Both the position numbers and the translations under genes were made by a program. From positions 810,001 to 842,000 of the forward strand of contig NC_015913.1 in assembly GCF_000270205.1 (NCBI RefSeq): a stretch of 32,000 nucleotides of DNA, in the 5' to 3' direction. The stretch is from Candidatus Arthromitus sp. SFB-mouse-Japan (GTDB taxonomy: Bacteria > Bacillota > Clostridia > Clostridiales > Clostridiaceae). The notes under the pieces are model-generated. The model was given only the letters and a program-made list of their open reading frames with translations. It had not been told where the DNA came from and did no database searches. Shown in pieces: positions 18,115 to 27,340 of this stretch; within the stretch, counting starts at the first letter, position 1, and every line of letters starts with the position of its first letter.

Positions 18115-18738
18115 GATACCCACAACAGGGGTCATAGACAGTTCCACTGTAAGGCTCTATTAACTCAGCTATTAACTCTACAACACAAGCTGGTGTGTAG
18201 AATTCTCCATCTTCTTTTGAACTTGCGACAGCATAACTCTGAAGAAAATATTCATATACCCTTCCAATTAAATCTTCTTCTTGAAACTTTTCCTCATTTA
18301 TCTTATTGATTTCATCTATTAAGTTTTTTAGAGTTCTGATATCTGCACCTAAATTACTATAAAAGTTAGAAAGTAACGCTCCTTGTAAAGGTGGGTTATC
18401 TTTTTCAATATCTGCCATTGCAGTATCAAGTTTTACAGCAATGTCATTACTATTTGCTTCTTTTACGATATATGACCATCTACAATGTGGTTGTAAGTAA
18501 AAAACATTTTTCGCCAGATAAAAAGACTTCTTCTCCAAAAAGGTAGGTATATCACCATATTCCTCTTTTATTTCTGCATATCTTTTTTCAAATTTATCTC
18601 CAGCAAACTTTACAAATACAAGACCTATTACAGCATCTCGGTTTTTCTCTGTTCCTCCAGCACCTCTAAGTGCATTTCTACAGTTAAATAAAATAGATTC
18701 TAATGTTTGCTCTTTTATTTGATTGTTTTTTTAGCCAT
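18115..18738 (-). pseudogene. hsdM: Type I RM methyltransferase (HsdM) 5' fragment, frameshifted near the start and truncated after motif I
   Basis: ATG GCT AAAAAAA.. at 18738 hits a stop after 7 codons. The +1 frame reads NNQIKEQTLESILFNCRNALRGAGGTEKNRDAVIGLVFVKF...GEFYTPACVVELIAELIEPYSGTVYDPCCG, which is the HsdM N-domain plus the start of the SAM motif. Homology ends at ~18118. Confidence 0.8.
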
Positions 18739-18764
18739 AAAACTTCTCTCCTATAAACTATATT

Positions 18765-18986
18765 TTAATTAGTAAATTCAATCTTATCTCCATTAGACAA
18801 AACAAAGGACTGCTGATAAATTATACCTAGTACATCTGCTATTTTTATAAGATCCTTTTCTCCTATTGTTCCTCTTTTTAATTTGGCATTAAAATTTTGA
18901 GGTGAATAGCCTATACGTCGTGCAAGTTCGGAAACACTTATTCCCATTCTTACACACAAAACTTTTATTTGCTCTGATGTATCCAT
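18765..18986 (-). CDS. XRE-family helix-turn-helix transcriptional regulator
   Basis: 73-aa ORF. The HTH is MGISVSELARRIGYSPQNFNAKLKRG. It ends 27 bp upstream of the hsdM start on the same strand. Confidence 0.8.
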   Translation of the reverse strand: MDTSEQIKVLCVRMGISVSELARRIGYSPQNFNAKLKRGTIGEKDLIKIADVLGIIYQQSFVLSNGDKIEFTN

Positions 18987-19196
18987 AACACACCCCCGTA
19001 AATATCTTGCTTTATATTATAAACGATTTTATTGATAACTTCAATTAAGAAATAATAAAAATTAATTTAGCGTCAAATATAACCAAACAAAACATTAGTT
19101 AAAACTCAGTAATACCCATCAACCTACTTTCTAATGAAGGTAGGTTTTTATATTTTCTTTTTCAAATACCTCAACTTTTATCCTTTCTCGTGGCTA

Positions 19197-19290
19197 TTAG
19201 GTAGGAGGTAATTTTATTTTCATTTTCTACTACGGATTTTTGCTCCTGCTGTCCTTTAGATAGTGGTAGTAAAATTTACCTCCTAACCTC
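19197..19290. repeat. ~95-nt imperfect nested inverted repeat (hairpin/cruciform) upstream of the primase gene
   Basis: The outer arms are TTAGGTAGGAGGTAATTTTA (19197-19216) and TAAAATTTACCTCCTAACCTC (19270-19290). The inner arms are CTACTAC (19228-19234) and GTGGTAG (~19263-19269). Confidence 0.6.
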
Positions 19291-19437
19291 CAAATAAAAA
19301 CTGTACCTTGACAATTGAATACCCCAGAGCATGAATAATACTTTTATATGAATATGCCATGACGAAATTTCCGAGCGTATCTTTGACTGTATACGAGACT
19401 GTGTCGAGCAGGACAAGTCCTTAGGAAGGATAGTGTT

Positions 19438-21504
19438 TTGGGCTTAATTAATTTTAAGGAGGTGAAATGTCTGAAAGATAAATACGAAAACTTACCTCAA
19501 TACCTTAAGGACAAGGCTGGGTTTTGCCTATGGAAGAGTGAAGTTGGCAAAGGTAAAGTTCCCTACCAAGTAGATGGTAAAAGGGCTAAAGCTAATAATA
19601 TTTCTACCTTTACAGACTTTAAGGATGCTCTATGTGTAGTAAATAAGTTTGATGGTCTAGGCATTGGTATCTTTAATAAGATATCTGCCATTGATATAGA
19701 TAACTGTATAGATGCTAGTGGTAACTACTCGGATTTAGCCAAAGATGTAATGGGCATTTTTAAAGATTCATATATAGAGAAAAGTCCATCTGGAAAAGGA
19801 ATAAGAATCATCTTTCTAATAGATGGCTTTTCTTATGACAAGAGCCTCTATTATATCAACAATCAAAAGCTAGGCTTAGAAGTTTATGTTGCAGGTAGCA
19901 CCAATAAGTATGTGACTATTACTGCCCATGTAATTAACCAAGGAAAGATCATTCAAGCTAATGACAAGCTTCAAGTTTTGCTAAATAGGTATATGCAAAA
20001 ACCAAAGACTAATACAGGCATAGCAAATAAAGAAAGCAGCTCTTTCTTATCCGATAGTTCGGTTATAGAAAAGGCAACTGCATCTGCTACAGGAACTAAG
20101 TTTAAGGCTCTATGGAAAGGCGGTACAAGTTCTTATCCTTCCCAGAGTGAAGCTGACCTTGCTCTATGCTCCATCTTAGCTTTCTGGTGTGGCAGAGACA
20201 TTAATCAAATGGATAGGCTCTTTCAGCAAAGTGGTCTAATGCGTGATAAATGGCATAGAGTTCAGTCTGGCTCAACCTATGGCCAGATAACTTTAGAGAA
20301 GGCTGTTACAAACACAAAAGAAACCTATAATCCTATGGGCAAGAATTCATCTGCTAGTGAGGACTTTATGGCAGACAAGCTTATGGATTTATGTAAGATG
20401 GAGCCTTTTAAGAACCCTAGATATTACAGTAACGATATTGGCAACAGTAATCTTTTTGCAGACTTCTATAAGTCCGTAGCAAGGTATGTGCCAGAGAGAA
20501 AGAAATGGTTTGTATATGATGGCAAAGCTTGGAGGAGCGATACAGGAAATTTAAAGGTTATGAAACTATGCAAGAATCTAGCAAATCAACTCATATATTA
20601 TGCCCTTTCAATAAAAGATGAAAACCTTAGAAAAAGCTATATAAAATCAGCTAGCAAGTGGCAGGAAAGAAGAGCAAGAGAAATTATTTTAAGAGATGCT
20701 GGAGATGTCTATCCTTTATCCATGTCTGAATTTGATAAGGATATCTATCTGCTCAACTGCTTAAATGGGACTCTTAATTTAAAGGATGGTAACTTTTATC
20801 CCCATAAAGCCAGTGACTATATAACAAAGATAGCAGGAGTAAATTATGACCCTAAAGCTGTATGTAATCGTTGGATAGATTTTGTTGATGAGGTTATGTG
20901 TGGTGATAAAGAAAAGGCAGAGTTTTTTCAGAAAAGCCTCGGATATGCTTTAACTGGTGATACCCGTTATGAAAGTATGTTTATTTTATTTGGAGCAACT
21001 ACTCGTAATGGCAAGGGTACATCCATGGAAACCTTCCTAAATATTTGTGGAAGGGTGAAGATCATTCCCTTTGAAAGGCACTTTGAAGAATGGGAGCAGG
21101 ACAAGAACCTAAAGAGTCTCTTTTCCAAGGAAGAAAACCTAAGTGGTATTTTAAATTGGGTTATTGAAGGTTATAGAAAACTTCAAACAGATGGCTTTAA
21201 AGTTCCTGCTACTGTTAGGCAGGCTACTCTTGACTACCATAAGGAAAATGACAAGATAGGACTATTTGTTGAAGAAAGACTTACCAAGGATGCGAATGCA
21301 GAAGAAAGGACATCTGCTCTTTATTTTGCTTATCAAAATTGGTGTAGGGATAATGGCTACTATACAGAAAATGTTAGGAACTTTAAATCTTCTCTAGCTA
21401 GTATAGGAAGAATCGCTAGGAAGAGACCAAAGGCTGGTGGAGGCATGACCACACTATTAATAGGCTACAAGTTAAATGATGATTTCACAGATTTTCTAGA
21501 GTAA
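19438..21504 (+). CDS. Bifunctional DNA primase-polymerase / P4-D5-family helicase protein (with apparent internal in-frame deletion in the ATPase)
   Basis: 688-aa ORF. Prim-pol motifs are AIDIDNC and SPSGKGIRIIF. The PriCT-like segment is SQSEADLALCSILAFWCGRDINQMDRLFQQSGLMRDKW. The P4-type C-domain has Walker A GATTRNGKGT, then jumps straight to RVKIIPFERHF. The start codon is uncertain (TTG at 19438). Confidence 0.8.
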   Translation: MGLINFKEVKCLKDKYENLPQYLKDKAGFCLWKSEVGKGKVPYQVDGKRAKANNISTFTDFKDALCVVNKFDGLGIGIFNKISAIDIDNCIDASGNYSDLAKDVMGIFKDSYIEKSPSGKGIRIIFLIDGFSYDKSLYYINNQKLGLEVYVAGSTNKYVTITAHVINQGKIIQANDKLQVLLNRYMQKPKTNTGIANKESSSFLSDSSVIEKATASATGTKFKALWKGGTSSYPSQSEADLALCSILAFWCGRDINQMDRLFQQSGLMRDKWHRVQSGSTYGQITLEKAVTNTKETYNPMGKNSSASEDFMADKLMDLCKMEPFKNPRYYSNDIGNSNLFADFYKSVARYVPERKKWFVYDGKAWRSDTGNLKVMKLCKNLANQLIYYALSIKDENLRKSYIKSASKWQERRAREIILRDAGDVYPLSMSEFDKDIYLLNCLNGTLNLKDGNFYPHKASDYITKIAGVNYDPKAVCNRWIDFVDEVMCGDKEKAEFFQKSLGYALTGDTRYESMFILFGATTRNGKGTSMETFLNICGRVKIIPFERHFEEWEQDKNLKSLFSKEENLSGILNWVIEGYRKLQTDGFKVPATVRQATLDYHKENDKIGLFVEERLTKDANAEERTSALYFAYQNWCRDNGYYTENVRNFKSSLASIGRIARKRPKAGGGMTTLLIGYKLNDDFTDFLE

Positions 21505-21606
21505 AAGAAAATGTAGCAGATGTAGCAGGTAAAAAGGTAATTCCCTTATGAGAAAGCAATATATGAAAGCTCTGCTTTTTCCTGCTACAAGTGGCTACAA
21601 AAATCT

Positions 21607-21631
21607 AAAGCCTTGTTTTTAAGGCTTTTTA
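21607..21631 (+). terminator. Rho-independent terminator after the primase gene
   Basis: AAGCCTT-GTTTTT-AAGGCTT is followed by TTTTT. Confidence 0.75.
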
Positions 21632-21656
21632 TTGTGGAAAAGAAAGGAGGAAAACC

Positions 21657-21950
21657 ATGAGAACATTAAAACTGGTAAGAGAAGGCGGAGTATTAAAGCC
21701 TAGACATTTCTATGGTAATTCATTAAGAATCGCTTATGAGTGTGGTTGTGACTATTACATGACAGATCATGATGACCACAGAGCAAGAGTTCATCGTGCA
21801 AATTCTAATGACTACACAGACTTAGAAAGCCTTTATGTCTGTTGTCCTAAGTGCATAAGCAAAATGGTGCCTATTCATTCTTCATTTAACAATGACAATA
21901 CTCAAGTCTTTAAGTGTGTCATATGTGAAGGTATTAGGGGTAGGGACTAG
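21657..21950 (+). CDS. Hypothetical Cys-rich (zinc-ribbon-like) protein
   Basis: 97-aa ORF with SD AAGGAGG. It carries Cys pairs CGC, CCPKC and CVIC. No family was recognised. Confidence 0.5.
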   Translation: MRTLKLVREGGVLKPRHFYGNSLRIAYECGCDYYMTDHDDHRARVHRANSNDYTDLESLYVCCPKCISKMVPIHSSFNNDNTQVFKCVICEGIRGRD

Positions 21951-22065
21951 TAAATATCTAAAACTTTTAAAGACGGACAGCGGCGTGGGGCATCGTGTAA
22001 AAAAACGCAGTTTCAAACAAAGTAATAGGCCTAGACCTAAATAATAATTAAATGGAGGAAAGAAT

Positions 22066-22959
22066 ATGTTAAACACAAGAATTTATAATCAAGCATTTTG
22101 TAGCAAAATGAGAGGCACTTTGGTAAATCATGATGATTTAAAAGAAGGCCAAATAGATGGAGGTTTTCAGCTTCCTAATGATAACCTAGACAAATTCTAT
22201 AAGGCTCTAGAAAAAGATAACCTTTTTAGAAGGCTTGCAACTGTTCTTAGCCTAACAAATCTTGAAGGTACAGTTCATGCTACTACTTCTACAGGCAGTG
22301 CTGGGGTTGTAGAGGAAGGAAATCTTATCCCAGAGGATGGAGATAAGTTCACTCAGTTTCCTGTAAGGTCATATAAGATTGCTAGTATAGCAAAGCTTAA
22401 GGAATCATTTGTGTCCAATAATAACTTTAATCTAGAAAAATATCTAAATACTGATTTTGCTAGAAGATTTGGTAGAGCTAAAGAAGATTTATTCATCAAT
22501 GGTAATGGAACAACAGAGCCTACAGGCATCTTATCTGTTAGTGAATCAATAAATGCTAAGGCTACTAATATATTATCTTATGATGAGATAGTGGAACTGT
22601 ATTTTTCAATAGAAGTAGAATACAGAAAAGATGCTGTATTTATTATGAATGATGAAACAGCTTTTTATCTTAGAACATTAAAAGATGATGATGGTAACTA
22701 TTTATGGAATTCTAATAATGATACGATCTTTGGTAAAGAAGTTATTACATCTCCCTATATGCCAAGTATTGAATCTGGCAAACAGCCTATTATCTTTGGA
22801 GATTTATCCTTCTACTGGGTAATTGAAAGAAAGCCTTTAGCTATACAGGTATTAAGTAAACTATACAAAAATCAAGGTCAAGTGGGCTTTATAGGCTATG
22901 AGAGAGTTGACGGTAAGCTTATAAGACCAGAGGCAGTTAAAACAATTAAGATGGCTTAA
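22066..22959 (+). CDS. HK97-family phage major capsid protein (short form, no long delta domain)
   Basis: 297-aa ORF with SD TGGAGGAAAG. The pattern YNQAF..MRG...GGFQLP...LFRRLATV....AGVVEEGNLIPE...FTQFPVRSYKIASIAKLKESF....FINGNGTTEPTGIL is typical of HK97-type MCPs. Confidence 0.8.
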   Translation: MLNTRIYNQAFCSKMRGTLVNHDDLKEGQIDGGFQLPNDNLDKFYKALEKDNLFRRLATVLSLTNLEGTVHATTSTGSAGVVEEGNLIPEDGDKFTQFPVRSYKIASIAKLKESFVSNNNFNLEKYLNTDFARRFGRAKEDLFINGNGTTEPTGILSVSESINAKATNILSYDEIVELYFSIEVEYRKDAVFIMNDETAFYLRTLKDDDGNYLWNSNNDTIFGKEVITSPYMPSIESGKQPIIFGDLSFYWVIERKPLAIQVLSKLYKNQGQVGFIGYERVDGKLIRPEAVKTIKMA

Positions 22960-23084
22960 AAACATACGAACCCTTTAGCTTAAAAATGAGCAATAGCTAA
23001 AGATGTATATGTATAAATTATTCCTAAGCACTGAACCCAAATCTGGGCTCAGTGCCTAACTCTTTAAAAGGAAGGAGTGGTTTT

Positions 23085-23288
23085 GTGATTAAAGATGAGA
23101 AATTTAGGACTAGCAAAAAAGAAATAGCTGGTACTACCTATATAGTTGAATCTGGGGAATGTGAAGAGGCTAAAGAAACTCCCTATTCTAAAATTGAAAG
23201 GTTAATTTCAAGTAATGCTAAGGAACTAGAAAAAGCAAGAAATAGCTTAGAAAGATATAAGAAAATTAGCTCGACTAGTCAGGGATAG
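23085..23288 (+). CDS. TnpW-like small transposon protein
   Basis: GTG at 23085 follows GGAAGGAG. KKEIAGTTYIVESGECEEAKETPYSKIERLI resembles the IGNTTY...AKET...RLI core of TnpW proteins of Tn4451-type elements. It lies directly upstream of the serine recombinase. Confidence 0.55.
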   Translation: MIKDEKFRTSKKEIAGTTYIVESGECEEAKETPYSKIERLISSNAKELEKARNSLERYKKISSTSQG

Positions 23289-23311
23289 TATTGTAATATA
23301 CACAGTGCTAA

Positions 23312-24508
<1,197 letters not shown>

Positions 24509-24584
24509 CCGATACAGCCGACTATGCCGAATTATTTAAGAGATTATAAATCCCTATGGTAAAGCACCATTAACTCCCCTTTTT

Positions 24585-25793
24585 TTATTTTGAAGTTTTG
24601 AATTCCTTATTATTTATTATTCTATTTAATATCAATCCAACAATAGCTGCTAGACTTAATCCTGTTATAGATACATTTGAAGTTATTGGAATACCGATTG
24701 ATATCCCCTTATTTCCTAAATAACTTGTTCCTATTCCTATTATTAAAATAGATGCTATTATTATTAAATTTCGTTTATTTTTAAAACATTTGCTATCTTT
24801 TATTGTTTTTGCTCCTATAAAAGCTATCATTGAAAATAACATTATACTTATCCCACCCATAACTGCTGATGGTATACTTTGAAGAAATGCACCAAATACT
24901 CCTATGAATGAAAGAAGTATTGCGTATATAGCAGTAAATCTTAATAAAGATGGGTTATAGTTTTTGGTAATTGCTAGTACTGCAGTATTCTCTCCATATG
25001 TTGTATTTGCAGGTCCTCCTATAAGACCTGATATAATTGTAGCAAGTCCATCTCCAAGTAAAGTTTTATTTAATCCTGGATCTTCTATAAAGTTCTTTCC
25101 AACAACTGTTCCATTAGTTGTCATGTCTCCTACATGCTCCATAAATACAGCTATTACTATTGGCGCAATTATTATTATTGCTTCCAAACTAAATTTTGGT
25201 AATGTAAAATTTGGAATTTGGAATAAGTTAGCGTTTAATATAGAAGTTATATCAATTTCACCAAAAATTAAACTTATTATATATCCAGATGTAACAGCAA
25301 GTAAAATTCCTAGTTGTTTTATAAATCCTTTACCATACACATTTATTAATATTGCTATACTTAGTGTTATTATAGATATCATTAAGTTTTCTATTGCCAT
25401 ATCAATAGCACTAGGCAATAAATTAAGACCTATAACGGCAATCATAGCACCTGTTACTTGAGGAGGAAAATATTTTTTGATTTTATCGATACCGATAAAT
25501 TTAATTAGGAAGGAAAGTATAACATATATAAGACCAGCAATAATGATACCACCTTGTGCAAAAGCCCTATCACCATTTGAAATTTGATTTGCTGATATAA
25601 CGACTGGTATGAATGCAAAACTTGAACCTAAAAATACTGGAACCTTACCTTTTGTACAAAGGTGGAAAATTAAAGTCCCAAGACCTGCACAAAATATTGC
25701 AACAGATGGATCGAACCCTGTAAGTATTGGAACGAGTACCGTTGCACCAAACATAGCTAGAAGATGTTGAATTGACAAAATAAAATTTTTCAT
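24585..25793 (-). CDS. uraA: Uracil permease (NCS2 family)
   Basis: 402-aa polytopic ORF. The N-terminal signature is QHLLAMFGATVLVPILTG. It lies immediately downstream of pyrR. Confidence 0.9.
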   Translation of the reverse strand: MKNFILSIQHLLAMFGATVLVPILTGFDPSVAIFCAGLGTLIFHLCTKGKVPVFLGSSFAFIPVVISANQISNGDRAFAQGGIIIAGLIYVILSFLIKFIGIDKIKKYFPPQVTGAMIAVIGLNLLPSAIDMAIENLMISIITLSIAILINVYGKGFIKQLGILLAVTSGYIISLIFGEIDITSILNANLFQIPNFTLPKFSLEAIIIIAPIVIAVFMEHVGDMTTNGTVVGKNFIEDPGLNKTLLGDGLATIISGLIGGPANTTYGENTAVLAITKNYNPSLLRFTAIYAILLSFIGVFGAFLQSIPSAVMGGISIMLFSMIAFIGAKTIKDSKCFKNKRNLIIIASILIIGIGTSYLGNKGISIGIPITSNVSITGLSLAAIVGLILNRIINNKEFKTSK

Positions 25794-25813
25794 AAGAAAC
25801 CTCCTTATAATCA

Positions 25814-25850
25814 GGAGAACACGTCTCCTTTTTTAGCATCTCTGTACTAA
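25814..25850 (-). promoter_or_regulatory. Candidate PyrR-binding stem-loop plus SD-sequestering hairpin in the pyrR-uraA spacer
   Basis: The minus-strand RNA is UUAGUA-CAGAGA-UGCUAA (compare the PyrR box core CCAGAGAGG), followed by AGGAGA-CGUGU-UCUCCU and then the SD AAGGAGG. Confidence 0.4.
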
Positions 25851-25864
25851 TTTAAAAGGGTATA

Positions 25865-26416
25865 TTAATTTGATTTTTTAGTTATTGTGATAGAATCTTC
25901 TACATCGTCAATTTCTTTTAAATTCACATGTATAATTTCATCTTTTGATGTTGGAATATTTTTACCTACATAATCAGGACGTATTGGAAGTTCTCTATGA
26001 CCTCTATCAACTAACACAGCTAATTGAATTGACTTTGGTCTTGCAATATCTATTAAAGCGTCTAATGCACTTCTAATTGTCCTTCCTGTATATAAAACAT
26101 CATCAATAAGAATAATAACCTTGTTTTTTATATCGAAATTTATCTTTGAACCATTTATAGTTGGCTCTTCTGAGATGGTTTGGAGATCATCTCTGTAAAG
26201 ACTTATATCAAGCTCTCCAATATCCAAAGTTTTATTTTCGAAACGTTTTATTTCTTCACCGATTCTTCTTGCAAGATAAATTCCTCTCGTTTTAATACCG
26301 ATAAGTACAATGTTATCAGAGCCTTTATTTTTTTCGATTATTTCATGACTTATTCTTGTTATAGATCTACTGATAGATTTTTCATCTAATAACTTCCTCA
26401 CAATTATCCTCCTCAT
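25865..26416 (-). CDS. pyrR: Bifunctional pyr operon regulator / uracil phosphoribosyltransferase PyrR
   Basis: 183-aa ORF with the PRPP-binding loop [18 protein letters not shown]. The N-terminus [28 protein letters not shown] is typical of PyrR. Confidence 0.93.
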   Translation of the reverse strand: MRRIIVRKLLDEKSISRSITRISHEIIEKNKGSDNIVLIGIKTRGIYLARRIGEEIKRFENKTLDIGELDISLYRDDLQTISEEPTINGSKINFDIKNKVIILIDDVLYTGRTIRSALDALIDIARPKSIQLAVLVDRGHRELPIRPDYVGKNIPTSKDEIIHVNLKEIDDVEDSITITKKSN

Positions 26417-26540
26417 AAAACAAAATAAAACAAAAATAATCCCCTATCACAAGGATAGAGGACTATATAAACAAAATGGAGCAAATATCTATTTGATATG
26501 ACAAAATAATTTTCAACGTAATCCTGATCCTTATGATATC
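26417..26540 (-). promoter_or_regulatory. pyrR leader: terminator/antiterminator attenuator
   Basis: On the minus-strand RNA, the terminator CCUCUAUC-CUUGU-GAUAGGGG (26441-26462) is followed by a U-rich tract. Upstream UAUCAUAAGGAU (26527-26538) is complementary to AUCCUUGUGAUA inside the terminator, which gives an antiterminator alternative. Confidence 0.55.
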
Positions 26541-26584
26541 ACTGTATCATTTAAAAAACCCTTTACACCATTATAAATATTAAT

Positions 26585-27322
26585 TTATATTTTTTCAATA
26601 ATATTTTTACGTTTTATTTGTATAAATTCTTTAAATTTTTGAACATTTGTATTAATTATTAGTTCATGAGGAAAATTAACCTCATTTATTAATTTAATAG
26701 CAAGTTCATTTTCTCCAACTTGTGTATAAAAATGGGAATCACTCCCAATTGTAATAAATGCTCCAATTTTTTTGCATGTTTCTAAAAGTTTTTTAAGATT
26801 CTCATGAGTATTAGTCCTACTACTATTTGGTTTTAGAGAAGAATTATTTACTTCTATTAGAGTATTTGTATTTTTAGCTTTTTCAACAATTGCCTCAAAA
26901 TTAATTGGAACACTTCCATTTTCAGGATGTCCAATTATATTTACATATGGGTTATCCATAACTTTAAGAAAAGTATTTGTATTTTCTTCAAGTGTTCCAG
27001 ATTTTAAACAAATAGTATGAAAGCTTGCAATGCAAACATCTAACCGACGTAATACATTAACTGGAAGATCAACTCCCCCTTCATAATCTATGAGATTTAA
27101 TTCTGCCCCCATAAAAACCTCAACACCATGAAGAAACCTATCTATTACCTTAAAATTTCTGAAATATATTTCGTGAGCAGCACCTGGCATATTAGGTGTA
27201 TGATCTGTAATACATAAAAGCTTTAACCCTTTTTTACTTGCAGCTAATACCATTTCATTTATTGTAGAATAAGCATGACCACTGGCAATTGTATGTGAAT
27301 GAGTATCTATTAAAAACTTCAT
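26585..27322 (-). CDS. PHP-family (YcdX-like) metal-dependent phosphatase
   Basis: 245-aa ORF with the N-terminal IDTHSHT motif, then ITDHTP, FH and GSDSH metal-ligand motifs. Confidence 0.85.
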   Translation of the reverse strand: MKFLIDTHSHTIASGHAYSTINEMVLAASKKGLKLLCITDHTPNMPGAAHEIYFRNFKVIDRFLHGVEVFMGAELNLIDYEGGVDLPVNVLRRLDVCIASFHTICLKSGTLEENTNTFLKVMDNPYVNIIGHPENGSVPINFEAIVEKAKNTNTLIEVNNSSLKPNSSRTNTHENLKKLLETCKKIGAFITIGSDSHFYTQVGENELAIKLINEVNFPHELIINTNVQKFKEFIQIKRKNIIEKI

Positions 27323-27340
27323 ATTTTAAAACTCCAATCT

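Larger units (their letters stand above)
14050..18118 (-). mobile_element. ~4-kb plasmid/ICE-derived segment replacing hsdM-3'/hsdS/hsdR-5'
   Basis: The segment is bounded by abrupt loss of HsdR homology (~14050) and HsdM homology (~18118, right after motif DPCCG). It carries Rep-like, ADP-ribosyltransferase, Rpn, OB-like and PcfB-like genes, all on the minus strand. Confidence 0.6.

Noticed and set aside
19197-19290. Considered a retron msr/msd or CRISPR-associated RNA for the nested hairpin
   Set aside because: There is no reverse transcriptase, cas gene or repeat-spacer array anywhere in the window. The feature is kept only as an unexplained structured element.
19456-19481. Perfect SD AAGGAGG followed by ATG (19467) that is out of frame with the primase ORF and stops after 4 codons
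   Set aside because: It could mark an ancestral start, since removing T19470 gives MLKDKYENLPQYL.... However, the SD-ATG spacing is short (4 nt) and the in-frame TTG at 19438 with AGGAAGGA upstream is a workable start. The evidence is insufficient to call a frameshift.
22066-22959. Idea that the lone HK97-fold gene is an encapsulin shell protein
   Set aside because: The sequence carries the phage-MCP type pattern (…FINGNGTTEPTGIL…). It sits between a primase and a recombinase in a mobile element, and no cargo-enzyme gene lies upstream. Phage or satellite capsid is the more economical reading. The idea cannot be fully excluded without profile searches.
25814-25836. Plus-strand GGAGAACACGTCTCC followed by T6 looks like a canonical terminator pointing against the pyrR-uraA operon
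   Set aside because: There is no plus-strand gene upstream to terminate. The same hairpin is better explained as part of the minus-strand pyrR-uraA leader structure.
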